DNA of 64,000 bases from an uncultured Enterobacteriaceae bacterium (GCA_964400745.1 CAYNVY010000003.1:865-64864); one strand, 5' to 3'; shown: positions 40,263 through 52,426, counted from the stretch's first letter. Program-made: numbers and translations. The notes: generated by a model from the letters alone, not told the origin.

Positions 40263-41071
40263 CAGGATTTCTGAATTGTTATCGCTGCTTGCGCCGGAGT
40301 TCCGGCAGACAAGGTCAGCACTTCGTATCCGGCTTCGGTGACCAGCACCGTATGCTCCCACTGCGCCGACAAGCTGTGGTCCTTGGTCACTATGGTCCAT
40401 CCGTCGGAGAGTTCTCGAATCGCCGGCTTGCCCGCATTGATCATGGGCTCGATGGTAAAGATCATGCCGGCTTGCAGGGTCACTCCGGTCCCCGCGCGGC
40501 CGTAATGCAGCACTTGGGGCTCCTCATGGAATTTCTTGCCGATGCCGTGACCGCAGAACTCGCGCACGACGCTGTATCCGTGTGCCTCCGCGTGCTTCTG
40601 TATCGCCGCTCCGATGTCGCCCAGGTGCGCGCCCGCCCTTACCGCGCTGATCCCCAGCCACATGCACTCGTAGGTGGTTTCGCACAGCCGCCGCGCCTGG
40701 ATCGAAGGCTCGCCCACGTAGAACATGCGGCTGGTATCGCCATGGTAGCCATCTTTGATGACCGTAATGTCGATATTGACGATGTCGCCGTGCTTCAACT
40801 GCTTTTCACCGGGTATGCCGTGGCAGACCTGGTGGTTTATCGAGGTGCAGATGGACTTCGGGTAGGGCTGGTAGCCCGGCGGCGCATAATTGAGCGGCGC
40901 GGGAACGGCCTTTTGCACTTTGACCATGTAGTCGTGGCACAGGCGGTCGAGTTCTTCCGTGGCGACCCCGGGCTTGACATGCGGGGAGACGAAGTCGAGC
41001 ACCTCGGCTGCGAGCCTGCCCGCGACCTGCATTCTTTCGATCTCTTCCCGGCTTTTTATCTGGATGGTCAT
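40262..41071 (-). CDS. map: Type I methionine aminopeptidase
   Basis: 269 aa. Contains VCHGIPG, DIVNIDITV, GHGIG and the pattern expected around the metal ligands. Confidence 0.9.
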   Translation of the reverse strand: MTIQIKSREEIERMQVAGRLAAEVLDFVSPHVKPGVATEELDRLCHDYMVKVQKAVPAPLNYAPPGYQPYPKSICTSINHQVCHGIPGEKQLKHGDIVNIDITVIKDGYHGDTSRMFYVGEPSIQARRLCETTYECMWLGISAVRAGAHLGDIGAAIQKHAEAHGYSVVREFCGHGIGKKFHEEPQVLHYGRAGTGVTLQAGMIFTIEPMINAGKPAIRELSDGWTIVTKDHSLSAQWEHTVLVTEAGYEVLTLSAGTPAQAAITIQKS

Positions 41072-41187
41072 CGGCTGGCTGCGCTAAAAGAGGCTGGCAA
41101 GGATAAAGGATAGCCCAGGCTAAGGGAAGCTTCGCTTCACCCCCGAGCCGGAACGATACCGCAATCCGCTGTTTAGTCATACATTTC

Positions 41188-41217
41188 TTGAGTGCGGCGG
41201 GCCTGGCGTGCTATACT
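41188..41217 (+). promoter_or_regulatory. Predicted rpsB promoter (-35 TTGAGT, 18-nt spacer, -10 TATACT)
   Basis: TTGAGT 41188-41193 and TATACT 41212-41217. Confidence 0.5.
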
Positions 41218-41223
41218 CCGCGG

Positions 41224-41329
41224 CTAGTCGATTTTCCTGGCTAAATTTGATCCGCCGCTCATTAGGGTGCCCCTAGCGGGGTTATAACGAGTCCGGCGGT
41301 TATCGCTAACCCTAATCGGAGAAACACGA
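41224..41329 (+). promoter_or_regulatory. Structured rpsB 5' leader (candidate S2 autoregulatory element with pseudoknot-like interleaved stems)
   Basis: CCGCCG 41252-41257 pairs with CGGCGG 41294-41299. ATTAGGG 41261-41267 pairs with CCCTAAT 41310-41316. A local hairpin CCCC-TAGC-GGGG lies at 41270-41281. Confidence 0.45.
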
Positions 41330-42082
41330 ATGTCCACGACCATGCGTCAGATGCTGGAGGCTGGGGTGCATTTTGGCCACCAGACCCGTTTCTGGAATCC
41401 CAAGATGGCCCCCTACATTTTCGGCCATCGCAACAAAATTCATATCGTCAATCTGGAAAAGACCCTGGTCATGTACCAGGAGGCGATGAAGTTCGTAAGA
41501 AAATTGTCTTCGAACAAGGGAACGATACTGTTCGTCGGGACGAAGCGCCAGGCGCGTGAAATCGTCAAGGAAGAGGCGCAGCGCTGCGGCGCGCCCTACG
41601 TCGATCACCGCTGGCTGGGCGGGATGCTGACCAACTTCAAGACGGTGAAGCAGTCGATCAAGCGCCTGAAGGAAATGGAAGCCATGCTGCAGGACGGCAG
41701 TCTGGAAAAGCTGCCCAAGAAAGAGGCTTTGGGGATTCAGCGCGAATTGGTGAAATTCGAGCGCAGCCTGGGCGGCATCAAGGACCTGACCGGCGTGCCC
41801 GACGCCCTGTTCATCATCGACGTCGGTTACCAGAAGGGCGCGGTGGTCGAGGCCAACAAGCTGAACATCCCGATCATCGGGGTGGTCGATACCAATCACT
41901 CGCCCGAAGGCATCACGCACGTGATTCCGGGCAACGACGACTCCAGCCGTGCCATCCGTTTGTACGCGCGCGGCGTGGCCGACGCCATTCTGGAAGGCCG
42001 CAACACCTCCATCCAGGAAATCGTGGCGGGTGGCGGCGACGAATTCGTGGAAGTGGATACGCAGGAAGAGTCGGCGGGCTAA
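41330..42082 (+). CDS. rpsB: 30S ribosomal protein S2
   Basis: [45 protein letters not shown]. Confidence 0.97.
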   Translation: MSTTMRQMLEAGVHFGHQTRFWNPKMAPYIFGHRNKIHIVNLEKTLVMYQEAMKFVRKLSSNKGTILFVGTKRQAREIVKEEAQRCGAPYVDHRWLGGMLTNFKTVKQSIKRLKEMEAMLQDGSLEKLPKKEALGIQRELVKFERSLGGIKDLTGVPDALFIIDVGYQKGAVVEANKLNIPIIGVVDTNHSPEGITHVIPGNDDSSRAIRLYARGVADAILEGRNTSIQEIVAGGGDEFVEVDTQEESAG

Positions 42083-42106
42083 GACAGTCTGTAAAGTCTC
42101 GCCGGA

Positions 42107-42126
42107 GGGGCGCAAGCCCCTTTTTT
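42107..42126 (+). terminator. Intrinsic terminator/attenuator between rpsB and tsf
   Basis: GGGGC-GCAA-GCCCC followed by TTTTTT. Confidence 0.8.
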
Positions 42127-42178
42127 GAACGTCTAGGGATCGTTCCCTGACTGGGTTACCGAAACGAGGAGCAAGGAA

Positions 42179-43060
42179 ATGGCAGAAGTTACCGCAGCCA
42201 TGGTGAAGGAGCTGCGCGAGATCACTGGCTTGGGCATGATGGAATGCAAGAAGGCGCTGGTGGAGACCGCAGGCGATCTGAAAGCGGCCGAAGACCTGCT
42301 GCGTATCAAGAGCGGCGCCAAGGCGAACAAGGCCGCAGGCCGCATCGCCGCAGAAGGCGTGATCGGCGCGAGTTTTTCGGGTGATGGCAAACTGGCGGCG
42401 CTGGTGGAAATCAATTGCGAGACGGATTTCGTCGCCAAGAATGCGGATTTTCTCGACTTCGCTTCAACCTTGGCGCAACTCGTGGCGAAGCATGATCCGT
42501 CCGATGTGGCCGCGCTTTCGGCTTTGGCGCTCGAGGACGGAACGGTCGAGGCTAAGCGCCAGGCTCTGGTGCAGAAAATCGGCGAAAACGTGAGCATCCG
42601 CCGCTTCCATCGCATCCAAACCGGGGCCAAACTGGCGCAATACCTGCACGGCGTCAAGATCGGCGTGCTGGTGGAATTCGAGGGCGACGACGAAGTAGGC
42701 AAAGACCTCGCAATGCATATCGCATTTGCCAAACCGCAGTTCATGTCGCGCAGCGAAGTAGCACCAGAGGTGATCGCGCGGGAGAAGGATGTGCTCGTCG
42801 CGCGCGCTCAGGAGTCGGGCAAACCGGCCAATATCGCGGAAAAGATGGTCGAAGGCGGCCTGAACAAGTTTCTGGGCGAAATCACGCTGCTCGGCCAGCC
42901 TTTCATCAAGGACGACAAGCTGACGGTGGAAAAGATGCTTGCCGCCAGGCGTGCGAAACTCCTCGGCTATAGATTCTTCGTGGTGGGCGAGGGCATCGAG
43001 AAGAAGTCCAACGATTTCGCCGCCGAGGTCGCGGCGCAGGCCAAAGCCGCCGCGGGTTGA
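42179..43060 (+). CDS. tsf: Elongation factor Ts
   Basis: [29 protein letters not shown] (UBA-like N-terminus). Confidence 0.97.
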   Translation: MAEVTAAMVKELREITGLGMMECKKALVETAGDLKAAEDLLRIKSGAKANKAAGRIAAEGVIGASFSGDGKLAALVEINCETDFVAKNADFLDFASTLAQLVAKHDPSDVAALSALALEDGTVEAKRQALVQKIGENVSIRRFHRIQTGAKLAQYLHGVKIGVLVEFEGDDEVGKDLAMHIAFAKPQFMSRSEVAPEVIAREKDVLVARAQESGKPANIAEKMVEGGLNKFLGEITLLGQPFIKDDKLTVEKMLAARRAKLLGYRFFVVGEGIEKKSNDFAAEVAAQAKAAAG

Positions 43061-43785
43061 CCGCCTTGCCCTCCGCGCCAGCCTACAAACGCATCCTGCT
43101 CAAGCTCTCGGGCGAAGCCCTGATGGGCGACGATGCGTACGGCATCAATCGTGCGACCATAGACCGCATCGTCGCTGAGATTGCCGTGGTCGCTTCGATG
43201 GGCCTGGAGATCGCGGTGGTGATCGGCGGGGGCAATATCTTCCGCGGCGTCGCACCGGCAGCCGCCGGGATGGACCGGGCCACCGCCGACTACATGGGCA
43301 TGCTCGCCACGGTAATGAACGCTCTGGCCCTGCAGGATGCGATGCGGCGCGGCGGTCTGAACGGGCGGGTCCAGTCGGCGCTCAATATCGAGCAAGTGGT
43401 GGAGCCGTACATTCGTGGCAAGGCAATGCGCTACCTGGAAGAGGGGAAGATCGTCATTTTCGCCGCCGGTACCGGCAACCCGTTCTTCACCACCGATACC
43501 GCGGCCGCCTTGCGCGGCACGGAAATGGGCTGTGATATCGTGTTGAAGGCGACCAAAGTGGATGGCGTCTACAGCGCGGATCCCAAGACCAACCCGGAGG
43601 CGCGGCGCTATGCCAGGGTCAGTTTCGACGACGCGATCAACCAGAACCTCAAGGTAATGGACGCCACCGCGCTCACCCTGTGCCGCGATCAGAAATTGCC
43701 GATAAACGTGTTCAGCATTTTCAAAGCGGGAGCGTTGAAACGGGTGGTGATGGGCGAGGACGAGGGAACGTTGGTACATAGTTGA
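43057..43785 (+). CDS. pyrH: UMP kinase
   Basis: TTG start overlapping the tsf stop. [15 protein letters not shown] and [10 protein letters not shown]. Confidence 0.95.
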   Translation: MTALPSAPAYKRILLKLSGEALMGDDAYGINRATIDRIVAEIAVVASMGLEIAVVIGGGNIFRGVAPAAAGMDRATADYMGMLATVMNALALQDAMRRGGLNGRVQSALNIEQVVEPYIRGKAMRYLEEGKIVIFAAGTGNPFFTTDTAAALRGTEMGCDIVLKATKVDGVYSADPKTNPEARRYARVSFDDAINQNLKVMDATALTLCRDQKLPINVFSIFKAGALKRVVMGEDEGTLVHS

Positions 43786-43799
43786 ATGAGGGAACGACC

Positions 43800-44357
43800 A
43801 TGATTGCTGATGTCAAGAAGACAGCCGAGCAGAAAATGCAAAAGTCGCTCGAGTCGCTCAAAACCGATCTTGGCAAGGTGCGCACCGGGCGCGCGCACAC
43901 CGGTATCCTGGACCACATTACGGTCGACTACTACGGCACACAGATGCCGCTCAATCAGGTCGCGAATCTGACGCTGATCGACGCGCGCACCATAGGCATT
44001 GCCCCTTGGGAAAAGAAGATGGGGGCGGTGATAGAGAAAGCGATCCGCGATTCGGATCTCGGACTCAATCCGTCGGCGATGGGCGACGTCATCCGCGTGC
44101 CGATGCCTGCGCTGACAGAGGAGCGCAGGCGCGAACTGATCAAGGTGGTCAAGGGCGAGGGCGAGAACGCCAAGGTGGCCGTGCGAAATCTGCGGCGTGA
44201 CGCCAACCATCACCTCAAGGATCTGCTCAAGGAAAAAGAAGTTTCAGAGGACGACGAACGCCGTGCGCAGGAAGATATCCAGAAGCTTACCGACAAATTC
44301 ATAGCCGAGATCGACAGGCTGCTCGCCGTCAAAGAAACGGATTTGATGGCGGTGTGA
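43800..44357 (+). CDS. frr: Ribosome recycling factor
   Basis: Trimmed to ATG 43800, with GAGGGAA upstream. [32 protein letters not shown]. Confidence 0.95.
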   Translation: MIADVKKTAEQKMQKSLESLKTDLGKVRTGRAHTGILDHITVDYYGTQMPLNQVANLTLIDARTIGIAPWEKKMGAVIEKAIRDSDLGLNPSAMGDVIRVPMPALTEERRRELIKVVKGEGENAKVAVRNLRRDANHHLKDLLKEKEVSEDDERRAQEDIQKLTDKFIAEIDRLLAVKETDLMAV

Positions 44358-44385
44358 CGCTGCGCGCCACAGCAACCGAACGCAC

Positions 44386-45171
44386 ATGCCTTCATTTTCC
44401 AGTTCGACCAGCGACATTCCCCAGGTAAGCCAGGTTCCCCGCCATATTGCCATCATCATGGACGGCAACGGCCGGTGGGCCAAGCAGCGCATGCTGCCGC
44501 GTGCGGCGGGTCACAAGCGCGGCGTGGAAATCGTGCGCGAGGTGGTGAAAGCCTGTTCGGCGCGGGGCGTCGAGTTCCTCACGCTGTTCGCGTTCAGTTC
44601 GGAGAACTGGCGCCGGCCGGAGGACGAAGTGTCGATGTTGAAGCAGTTGTTCATCCTGGCACTGGAGCGGGAGGTCAAGAAACTCCACCGCAACGGTCTG
44701 CGGCTGCGCGTGGTCGGGAATATCGAGCCTTTTGGCAGGAAAATTGTCGAACTGGTCGCGCGCGCCGAGCAGTTGACGCAGGACAACCCGGGCATGACCC
44801 TCACCATCGCCGCCAACTACGGCGGTCGCTGGGACTTGCTGCAGGCGATGCAGCGACTGATCGAGTCCCATCCGCAGCAGAACGGCGCTTTCACGGAGGC
44901 GCAGCTGACGGACTGCCTCGCGATGGCCTACGCGCCCGAACCGGATTTGTTCATACGCACCGGTGGAGAGAAGCGCATCAGTAATTTCCTGCTGTGGCAG
45001 CTGGCCTATAGCGAGTTCTATTTCACCGATACGCTCTGGCCGGATTTTGACTCTGCGGCCCTGGATCTTGCGATCTCGTCCTACCGCAAGCGCGAACGAC
45101 GCTTCGGCCGCACCAGCGAACAGCTGGAGCAAGTCCCATCGGCGCCGAGCGCGATCCGGGAGCCTGCCTGA
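44386..45171 (+). CDS. uppS: Di-trans,poly-cis-undecaprenyl-diphosphate synthase
   Basis: [28 protein letters not shown] and [15 protein letters not shown]. Confidence 0.95.
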   Translation: MPSFSSSTSDIPQVSQVPRHIAIIMDGNGRWAKQRMLPRAAGHKRGVEIVREVVKACSARGVEFLTLFAFSSENWRRPEDEVSMLKQLFILALEREVKKLHRNGLRLRVVGNIEPFGRKIVELVARAEQLTQDNPGMTLTIAANYGGRWDLLQAMQRLIESHPQQNGAFTEAQLTDCLAMAYAPEPDLFIRTGGEKRISNFLLWQLAYSEFYFTDTLWPDFDSAALDLAISSYRKRERRFGRTSEQLEQVPSAPSAIREPA

Positions 45172-45200
45172 TTGTGCCGATCAGCCGGGCGCGCTGACCT

Positions 45201-46025
45201 ATGCTCAAGACAAGGGTCATCACGGCGCTGATACTGCTGCTCGCCTTTCTGACGGCGCTATTCTGGCTGCCGCAGGATGCTTGGGCCCTGTTTGCCGGGC
45301 TATTGGTGGTTCCCGCGGCTTGGGAGTGGGCAAAGCTCATCAAATTCAACAACGGCTCCTGCGTGCTGTACGTGCTAGCCGTGATTGTGATTTGCGCAGC
45401 GCTGTACGGCCTGATCGATCCGGCAGCGCGTTCCGGCCGGCTTGGATTCGCCGTCTACGGAGGCGCAAGCCTGTTCTGGGTCGTCGTCGTTCCTCTGTGG
45501 CTCTGGCAATCATCGCTTCCGCGAGCGCCCTGGCTTGCTGCCCTTACAGGCATGGTAGTGCTGGTCCCCACTTGGATGGCATTGGTCGAATTGCACCGGC
45601 TCGGCCCGGCCGTGCTGTTGCTGCTGATGTCGGTGGCGTGGATCTCGGATAGTGCCGCGTATTTTGCCGGACGGCGTTTCGGCCGGCACAAATTGGCGCC
45701 CTCAGTCAGTCCGGGCAAGACTTGGGAGGGGGTAGCCGGCGCCTTCCTCGCCGTGAGCCTGTATGCCGCGCTTTGGGGTGGCGTCTGGCATGTCCATTTC
45801 CCGCAGACTTTCCAGTCGATGCGCTTCGGGGCGTTGGGTATGATGTTGTTTCTGTGGGCGCTTGCCGCAATCGGCATCTATGGCGATCTGTTCGAGTCTG
45901 CGCTCAAGCGCCAGGCGGGGGTCAAGGACAGCGGCGTGTTGCTGCCTGGCCATGGCGGGGTGCTGGACCGAATCGACGCGCTCACTTCAGTGCTGCCGGT
46001 CGCCGCGCTGGTCTACCTGCTGTGA
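45201..46025 (+). CDS. cdsA: Phosphatidate cytidylyltransferase
   Basis: Polytopic protein with the C-terminal signature [29 protein letters not shown]. Confidence 0.9.
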   Translation: MLKTRVITALILLLAFLTALFWLPQDAWALFAGLLVVPAAWEWAKLIKFNNGSCVLYVLAVIVICAALYGLIDPAARSGRLGFAVYGGASLFWVVVVPLWLWQSSLPRAPWLAALTGMVVLVPTWMALVELHRLGPAVLLLLMSVAWISDSAAYFAGRRFGRHKLAPSVSPGKTWEGVAGAFLAVSLYAALWGGVWHVHFPQTFQSMRFGALGMMLFLWALAAIGIYGDLFESALKRQAGVKDSGVLLPGHGGVLDRIDALTSVLPVAALVYLL

Positions 46026-47212
46026 AACGGCCGCAGCATCTGGTTGTGCTGGGGGCCACCGGATCGATCGGTCGCAACACCCTCGACGTCGCGGTGCGCC
46101 ATCCTTTGCGCTTTCGCATATTTGCGCTCAGCGCGAACGAGCGCATCGAGGCGCTGGCGGAATTATGCCTGCTGCACAAACCGCGCTATGCCGCGGTAGC
46201 GCAATCTGCCCAGGCCGACGTGCTGCGTTCACGCATCGGTACCGGAACAACAGAAATCCTGGTCGGGGGGCAGGGCCTGGAGGACATCGCCTCGCACGAG
46301 GAGGCGGATTGCGTCATGGCGGCCATCGTCGGGGCGGCGGGTCTTGCACCGACACTTGCGGCTGCGCGCGCAGGCAAGAAAGTGCTGCTCGCAAACAAGG
46401 AAGCCCTGGTGATGGCGGGGCCGATTTTCATGCAGGCCGTGCGCGCGAGCGGCGCGCTCCTACTCCCCATAGACAGCGAGCACAATGCCATATTTCAGTG
46501 CCTGCCCCGTGCATCTGGGGGTGATTTTGGCAGAGATGGCGTGCGGCGCGTGCTGCTCACCGCGTCCGGCGGTCCGTTTCGCGAAATGCCGCTGTCTAGA
46601 CTGGAAAACATAACGCCTGACGAAGCGTGCGCGCACCCGAACTGGGTGATGGGCCGCAAGATATCGGTCGATTCCGCCACCATGATGAACAAGGCGCTTG
46701 AAGTCATCGAGGCGCACTGGCTGTTCGGCGCAACGGCAGAACAAATAGAGGTGGTGGTGCACCCGCAAAGCGTGGTGCATTCAATGGTCGAGTACATCGA
46801 CGGTTCGGTCATCGCGCAGCTTGGCAATCCGGATATGCGTACGCCGATTGCGCATGCGCTGGCTTATCCGGAGCGGATCGAAGCCGGTGTGAGTTCGCTC
46901 GACTTCTCCCGCATCCGCAGTCTGGATTTCAAGGCGCCGGATCTTGCGCGCTTCCCGGCCCTGGCCTTGGGATATCGCGCTCTGGCCGAACTCGGAACCA
47001 GTCCGGCGACGCTCAACGCGGCGAACGAGGTCGCCGTGAGCGCCTTCCTCGAAGGTCGTTTGCCGTTTCTGTCCATCACCGGGGTGATCAAGACGGTGAT
47101 GGATGAATTGCCGCCGCGATCGATGGACACGCTGGACGATGTGCTCAATGCCGATGCAGCTGCACGCGCGCGAGCCGCGCTGCAGATCGCGGCTATGCCG
47201 GGCGCGGCATGA
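46022..47212 (+). CDS. dxr: 1-deoxy-D-xylulose 5-phosphate reductoisomerase
   Basis: GTG 46022 overlaps the cdsA stop. [31 protein letters not shown] and [13 protein letters not shown]. The long N-terminal extension in the track (from 45722) was rejected. Confidence 0.9.
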   Translation: MKRPQHLVVLGATGSIGRNTLDVAVRHPLRFRIFALSANERIEALAELCLLHKPRYAAVAQSAQADVLRSRIGTGTTEILVGGQGLEDIASHEEADCVMAAIVGAAGLAPTLAAARAGKKVLLANKEALVMAGPIFMQAVRASGALLLPIDSEHNAIFQCLPRASGGDFGRDGVRRVLLTASGGPFREMPLSRLENITPDEACAHPNWVMGRKISVDSATMMNKALEVIEAHWLFGATAEQIEVVVHPQSVVHSMVEYIDGSVIAQLGNPDMRTPIAHALAYPERIEAGVSSLDFSRIRSLDFKAPDLARFPALALGYRALAELGTSPATLNAANEVAVSAFLEGRLPFLSITGVIKTVMDELPPRSMDTLDDVLNADAAARARAALQIAAMPGAA

Positions 47213-48573
47213 ACCTGCTGCATACGATCGCCGCTTTCGTGGTCGCGCTGGGCGCGCTGATCATCGTGCACGAATACGGCCATTATCTGGTGGCGCGGAT
47301 CTGCGGCATCAAAGTCCTGCGCTTTTCGATCGGTTTCGGAACGCCGTTATGGAAAAGACGATTGGGACGAGACGGAACCGAATGGGTCGTGGCCGCGGTG
47401 CCGCTGGGAGGCTACGTCAAGATGCTGGACGAGCGCGAAGGCGAAGTCGCACAGCACGAACTCGGACGCGCCTTCAACCGGCAGAGCGTCTGGCGGCGCT
47501 ATGCCGTCGTCATCGCCGGGCCGCTGGCCAACTTCCTGTTCGCAATACTGCTCTACTGGATCCTGTTCATGCAGGGTGTGCAGGAGGCGCGGCCTGTGCT
47601 GGCTCAGCCGCTGCCGAACACGCCGGCAGCGAGCGCGGGTTTCGAATCGGGCGAGACCATACGCGCAATCAACGGCGAGCCGGTGACATCCTGGCAGGAG
47701 GTGCGCTGGCGCATGCTGCAGCTGGCCCTGGAACGCGCGCAGGTAAAGATTGAGGTGCTCAACCAAGGCAATCAGCTCAGCTGGCGCACGATCGATTTGT
47801 CGCCGTTCGATGCGGAGCAGCTCGAAGGCGACACGCTGGCGCTCATCGGCTTGAAGCTGTATCGGCCGCAAATCAGTCCGGTGATCGGACAAGTCGTGCC
47901 GGGGGGCGTAGCAGAGCAGGCGGGCTTGCTGGTTGGCGATCGGATCCTTGCCGCCAACGATAAACCTGTCATTACCTGGGACGAATTGGTGGAACAGGTG
48001 CGCAAGCACCCTGGTCTGGATCTCCGACTGACGTTTCAGCGCGGCGATGAGCGCCGCGAGCTTGCGCTTGTTCCAGAAGCGACGCAACAGAACGGGGCCG
48101 CAGTGGGACGTATAGGCGCGGCCGCAAAGCTCGACCAGGAGGCTATGGACAAGCTCGTTACCGTGGTACGCTATGGCGCCGCCGCGGCTTTGTTGAAGTC
48201 CGTAGAAAAAACCTGGGATACCTCGGTGTTCAGCCTGCGCATGCTAGGGCGCATGCTGATCGGGCAGGTCTCTTGGAAGAATCTCAGCGGCCCGGTGACC
48301 ATCGCCGACTACGCGGGGCAGTCGGCGCAGCTCGGGATCGTGTCGTATCTGAACTTCCTGGCGCTGATCAGCATCAGCCTGGGAGTGCTGAACCTGCTGC
48401 CGATTCCGTTATTGGATGGTGGACATTTGATGTATTATACGGTCGAAATTTTCAAAGGCAGTCCGGTGTCTGATCGGACGATGGAAGCCGGCCAGAAACT
48501 GGGGCTGGCCCTGTTGTTGGTCTTGATGGCGTTTGCCTTTTATAACGATATTAATCGCTTGATTGCCGGCTAA
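47209..48573 (+). CDS. rseP: Site-2 zinc metalloprotease RseP
   Basis: [10 protein letters not shown] (HExxH), PDZ regions, and the C-terminal [13 protein letters not shown]. Confidence 0.9.
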   Translation: MNLLHTIAAFVVALGALIIVHEYGHYLVARICGIKVLRFSIGFGTPLWKRRLGRDGTEWVVAAVPLGGYVKMLDEREGEVAQHELGRAFNRQSVWRRYAVVIAGPLANFLFAILLYWILFMQGVQEARPVLAQPLPNTPAASAGFESGETIRAINGEPVTSWQEVRWRMLQLALERAQVKIEVLNQGNQLSWRTIDLSPFDAEQLEGDTLALIGLKLYRPQISPVIGQVVPGGVAEQAGLLVGDRILAANDKPVITWDELVEQVRKHPGLDLRLTFQRGDERRELALVPEATQQNGAAVGRIGAAAKLDQEAMDKLVTVVRYGAAAALLKSVEKTWDTSVFSLRMLGRMLIGQVSWKNLSGPVTIADYAGQSAQLGIVSYLNFLALISISLGVLNLLPIPLLDGGHLMYYTVEIFKGSPVSDRTMEAGQKLGLALLLVLMAFAFYNDINRLIAG

Positions 48574-48581
48574 GCCTGAAC

Positions 48582-50855
48582 ATGAAAAGACATCTCGCCG
48601 TCGCGCTCATCTGCTTGTGGGTCGGCGCCGCGCACGCGTTCGATCCTTTCGTCGTGCGCGACATCCGCGTCGAGGGCCTGCAGCGCATCGAGGCCGGAAC
48701 GGTATTCAGCTATTTGCCGGTCAAAGTCGGCGAAACCATGACCGATGAGAAAGCTGCCGCGGCGATCAAGGCACTGTTCGCAACGGGCTTTTTCAAGGAC
48801 GTGCGGCTGGAAGTGCAGCGCGACGTGCTGATAGTGGCGGTCGAGGAGCGCCCGGCCGTATCGCAGATCGACTTCATCGGCAACAAGGAGTTTGAGAAGG
48901 AGGCGTTGCGCAAGGGACTGCGCGAAGCCGGCGTGGCCGAGGGGAGGTCCCTGGACAAGGCGATGCTGGACCAGGCGGAACAGGAGATCAAGCGCCAATA
49001 TCTCGCGCGCGGCCGGTACGGCGCCAGCGTGGTTTCCACGGTTACGCCTCTGGAACACAACCGCGTGGGTGTCAGCTTCTCCATCAACGAGGGAGAAGTC
49101 ACCAAGATCCGCCAGATCAATATCATCGGCAACAAAGTGTACAAGGAAAAGGAACTGCTGCAACTATTCGTGCTGCAGACGCCCGGATGGCTCACCTGGT
49201 ACACCAAGAACGATCAATACTCTAAGCAAAAGCTGTCGGGCGACCTCGAGTCTCTGCGCTCGCACTATCTCAATAACGGCTATCTCGAATTCGACATCAA
49301 TTCGACGCAAGTCTCGATTACGCCGGACAAGAAGGACATCTACATCACGATCAGCCTCACCGAAGGCGAAAAATATACCGTGTCGGATGTCAAGATCGGC
49401 GGCGAAACACTGATACCGCCAGCCGAACTGCATCGCTTGGTCCAATTGAAGTCGGGTGAGACCTTTTCCCGCGAGAAACTTACAGCGAGCACCAAGAAGA
49501 TCGCGGACCGGCTGGGCAACGAAGGCTACGCATTCGCCAATGCCAACGCTGTACCGGATTTGGACAAGGCGGCAAAGCGGGTTGCACTGACGATCATGAT
49601 CGATCCGGGCCGCCGCGTATACGTGCGCCGCATCAATGTCTCTGGCAACAATCGCTCGAGGGACGAAGTGATCCGCCGCGAGATGCGCCAGCTCGAAGGC
49701 GCGTTCTACGACGGCGACAAGATTCAGACGTCAAAGCAGCGGCTGGAGCGCCTGGGATATTTCTCCGAGGTCGACGTCGAAACGCCGGCTGTGCCGAACA
49801 CCGCCGACCAGGTCGACGTCAATTTCAAGGTCAAGGAAAAGGCGACCGGCGCCATCATGCTCGGCGCCGGGTTGTCGAGCACGGAAAAGGTGGTCCTGAG
49901 CGGTTCGGTTACGCAGCAGAACATCTTCGGCAGCGGAAAGCACCTGAGTCTGCAGCTGAACACCAGCAAGATCACACGGAATATCGGTCTGAGCTTTACC
50001 GATCCCTATTACACGGTGGACGGTGTCAGCCGCGGATTCGATCTTTACGACCGCCGCGTGAACGCCTCGTTGCTGGGGCTGGGCTATTACACGAGCAATT
50101 CGATCGGAGGCGGGGTGCGCTTTGGCATTCCCCTGACCGAAATCGACAAACTCGGGATTGGCATAGGTGCAGAACAGACAAAAATCGGTATAGATCAGTC
50201 CAGCCCGCAAAGGTATCAGGATTTCGTCAATATCTTCGGCAACAACAGCAATACCTATCCGGGAACGCTTGGCTGGACCCGAGACCAGCGCGACAACCTC
50301 CTCATGCCGACCAAAGGCGGCGTGGTGCGTGCGGCTGTGGAGGCCGGGTTACCAGGCGGAACCCTCAAATACTACAAAGTCACCGAGCAGGTGCAGTGGT
50401 ACTTCCCGCTGTCGCGCACCTACACCCTCATGCTCAACGGCGAAGTCGGGTCGGCCAGCGGCGTAGACGGCAAGCCGCTTCCGTTTTACAAGAATTTGTA
50501 CGCAGGAGGCGTTGCTTCGGTGCGCGGCTACGATTCCTATTCGCTCGGGCCCCGCGATTCCCTGGGCGCGATCCTGGGCGGAAACAAGCGCGTGGTGGGA
50601 AATGCAGAATTACTGTTCCCGGTGCCGGGCACGGGCGTCGACCGTTCGATGCGATTGGCGGTGTTTGTCGACGGCGGCCAGGTGTACGGTGCCGATGAGA
50701 AAATCCGGCTGTCGGAACTGCGCTATTCGACCGGGCTGGCGTTCACCTGGAATTCGCCCATGGGTCCGTTACGCCTGAGTTATGGCAGGCCTCTCAATCA
50801 GAAGCCGGATGACAGGGTGCAGCATCTCCAGTTCCAGTTTGGGCAGGTCTTTTAG
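48582..50855 (+). CDS. bamA: Outer membrane protein assembly factor BamA
   Basis: 757 aa with a signal peptide, five POTRA-like repeats beginning FVVRDIRVEGLQRI, and a C-terminal beta-barrel ending QFQFGQVF. Confidence 0.95.
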   Translation: MKRHLAVALICLWVGAAHAFDPFVVRDIRVEGLQRIEAGTVFSYLPVKVGETMTDEKAAAAIKALFATGFFKDVRLEVQRDVLIVAVEERPAVSQIDFIGNKEFEKEALRKGLREAGVAEGRSLDKAMLDQAEQEIKRQYLARGRYGASVVSTVTPLEHNRVGVSFSINEGEVTKIRQINIIGNKVYKEKELLQLFVLQTPGWLTWYTKNDQYSKQKLSGDLESLRSHYLNNGYLEFDINSTQVSITPDKKDIYITISLTEGEKYTVSDVKIGGETLIPPAELHRLVQLKSGETFSREKLTASTKKIADRLGNEGYAFANANAVPDLDKAAKRVALTIMIDPGRRVYVRRINVSGNNRSRDEVIRREMRQLEGAFYDGDKIQTSKQRLERLGYFSEVDVETPAVPNTADQVDVNFKVKEKATGAIMLGAGLSSTEKVVLSGSVTQQNIFGSGKHLSLQLNTSKITRNIGLSFTDPYYTVDGVSRGFDLYDRRVNASLLGLGYYTSNSIGGGVRFGIPLTEIDKLGIGIGAEQTKIGIDQSSPQRYQDFVNIFGNNSNTYPGTLGWTRDQRDNLLMPTKGGVVRAAVEAGLPGGTLKYYKVTEQVQWYFPLSRTYTLMLNGEVGSASGVDGKPLPFYKNLYAGGVASVRGYDSYSLGPRDSLGAILGGNKRVVGNAELLFPVPGTGVDRSMRLAVFVDGGQVYGADEKIRLSELRYSTGLAFTWNSPMGPLRLSYGRPLNQKPDDRVQHLQFQFGQVF

Positions 50856-50872
50856 CGGTTGAGGAGATAAGG

Positions 50873-51376
50873 TTGAAAAAGCTCATATTTATGGCGCTGA
50901 CTGCGGCGATGGCAAGCTCGGCCTATGCCGCCGAACTAAAGATCGGATTCGTCAATACGGAAAGAGTATTTCGCGATGCGGCGCCGGCGGTGCGCGCGCA
51001 GAAGAAGATCGAACAGGAATTCGCCAAACGGGATCAGGAGATGCAGAAACTGGACGAGCAGATCCGCAAACTGCAGGACAACCTCGAGAGAAACGCCGTT
51101 ACCATGCCAGAAGGCGAGCGCCGCACCAAAGAGCGCGAATTTTCCGATCTGAACAAGGATTTCCAAAGAAAACAGCGCGAATTCCGCGAAGATTTGAACC
51201 AGCGGCGAAACGAGGAACTGGCTGCGGTGCTGGAACGGGCGAACCGAACGATCAAGGCCATTGCCGAAACGGAGAAATACGACATCATCTTTCAGGAGGC
51301 GGTGTACGCCAGTCCCCGCATAGACCTCACCGAGAGGGTGATCAAGGCACTGGAAGACAAGCCGGCAGGGAAATAG
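50873..51376 (+). CDS. skp: Periplasmic chaperone Skp (OmpH family)
   Basis: TTG start, signal peptide, and a Lys/Glu/Gln-rich coiled region. Its position between bamA and lpxD is conserved. Confidence 0.85.
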   Translation: MKKLIFMALTAAMASSAYAAELKIGFVNTERVFRDAAPAVRAQKKIEQEFAKRDQEMQKLDEQIRKLQDNLERNAVTMPEGERRTKEREFSDLNKDFQRKQREFREDLNQRRNEELAAVLERANRTIKAIAETEKYDIIFQEAVYASPRIDLTERVIKALEDKPAGK

Positions 51377-51385
51377 TCAGCACCG

Positions 51386-52426
51386 ATGGCTAAGGCCGAG
51401 AAAATCCGCCTGGCCGAGATTGTCGAACGCTTCGGCGGGGAAGTGCTTGGCAACCCGAAAACAGCGATCAGCCAGGTGGCGACTTTGCAGAGCGCCGGCT
51501 CCTTGCACATCAGTTTTCTTGCTCATAGCAAGTATCGCAAACAGCTTGCCGGCACCGCTGCGGGCGCAGTCATTCTGTCGCAAGCTGACCGGGATCTTAC
51601 CGATCTGCCGCGCATTGTCTGCGACGATCCCTACCTGTATTTCGCAAAAGTTTCGGCGCTGCTCAATCCGCCGCAGGCGGCGAAGCCCGGAGTGCACAAG
51701 ACCGCTGTTGTCGAACGCGGCGTGCGTATCCCGGCGACGGCAAGCATTGGCGCCGGGGCCTATATCGGGCGCAGAGTAAAACTCGGCGGCGGGGTAGAGA
51801 TCGGTCCGGGATGCTACATCGGAGACGATGTAGAGATCGGCGCCGGCAGCCGTCTGCGCGCGCGCGTCGCCGTCTATGCAGGCTGCCGCTTCGGGAAGCG
51901 TGCGCTGGTGCATTCCGGCGCGGTGATCGGCGCCGACGGGTTCGGCATTGCGCTGGACTCGGGCAAGTGGCGCAAAATCCCCCAGATCGGACGGGTGGTG
52001 ATCGGCGACGATGTCGAAATCGGCGCGAACACTTGCATCGACAGGGGCGCACTGGACGACACGGTGATAGAAGACGGGGTCAAACTGGACAATCTGATTC
52101 AAGTCGGGCACAACGTGCGCATCGGCGCGCACACCGCAATCGCCGGTTGCACGGGCATTGCCGGCAGTACCCGTATAGGAAAGCACTGCATGATAGGCGG
52201 AGCCGCCTCGATTGTCGGGCATCTGGACATTGCGGATCGTGCCGTCATTCTTGCCGGCGCAGTGGTCACGCGTTCGATCACGAAAGCCGGAACCTATGGC
52301 GGTCATCCGGCGCAGGACAACTACCGCTGGACCCGTAACGTGGCGCAGTTGCGCCATCTGGACGCGCTGCGCGAACGCGTACGCCGTATCGAGCAACAGC
52401 TGCCATCGCCGGAGAAACCAGCTTGA
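51386..52426 (+). CDS. lpxD: UDP-3-O-acylglucosamine N-acyltransferase
   Basis: Hexapeptide-repeat LbH protein with the N-terminal [16 protein letters not shown] pattern. Confidence 0.92.
   Translation: MAKAEKIRLAEIVERFGGEVLGNPKTAISQVATLQSAGSLHISFLAHSKYRKQLAGTAAGAVILSQADRDLTDLPRIVCDDPYLYFAKVSALLNPPQAAKPGVHKTAVVERGVRIPATASIGAGAYIGRRVKLGGGVEIGPGCYIGDDVEIGAGSRLRARVAVYAGCRFGKRALVHSGAVIGADGFGIALDSGKWRKIPQIGRVVIGDDVEIGANTCIDRGALDDTVIEDGVKLDNLIQVGHNVRIGAHTAIAGCTGIAGSTRIGKHCMIGGAASIVGHLDIADRAVILAGAVVTRSITKAGTYGGHPAQDNYRWTRNVAQLRHLDALRERVRRIEQQLPSPEKPA

Noticed and set aside
45722-46021. 100-codon N-terminal extension of the dxr ORF; likewise 19289-19684 for ggt, 9284-9544 for the membrane protein, 11426-11716 for the secreted protein and 40263-40400 for glnD
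   Set aside because: The extensions overlap the preceding genes and lack homology to the families. Internal starts with better context reproduce the normal N-termini.
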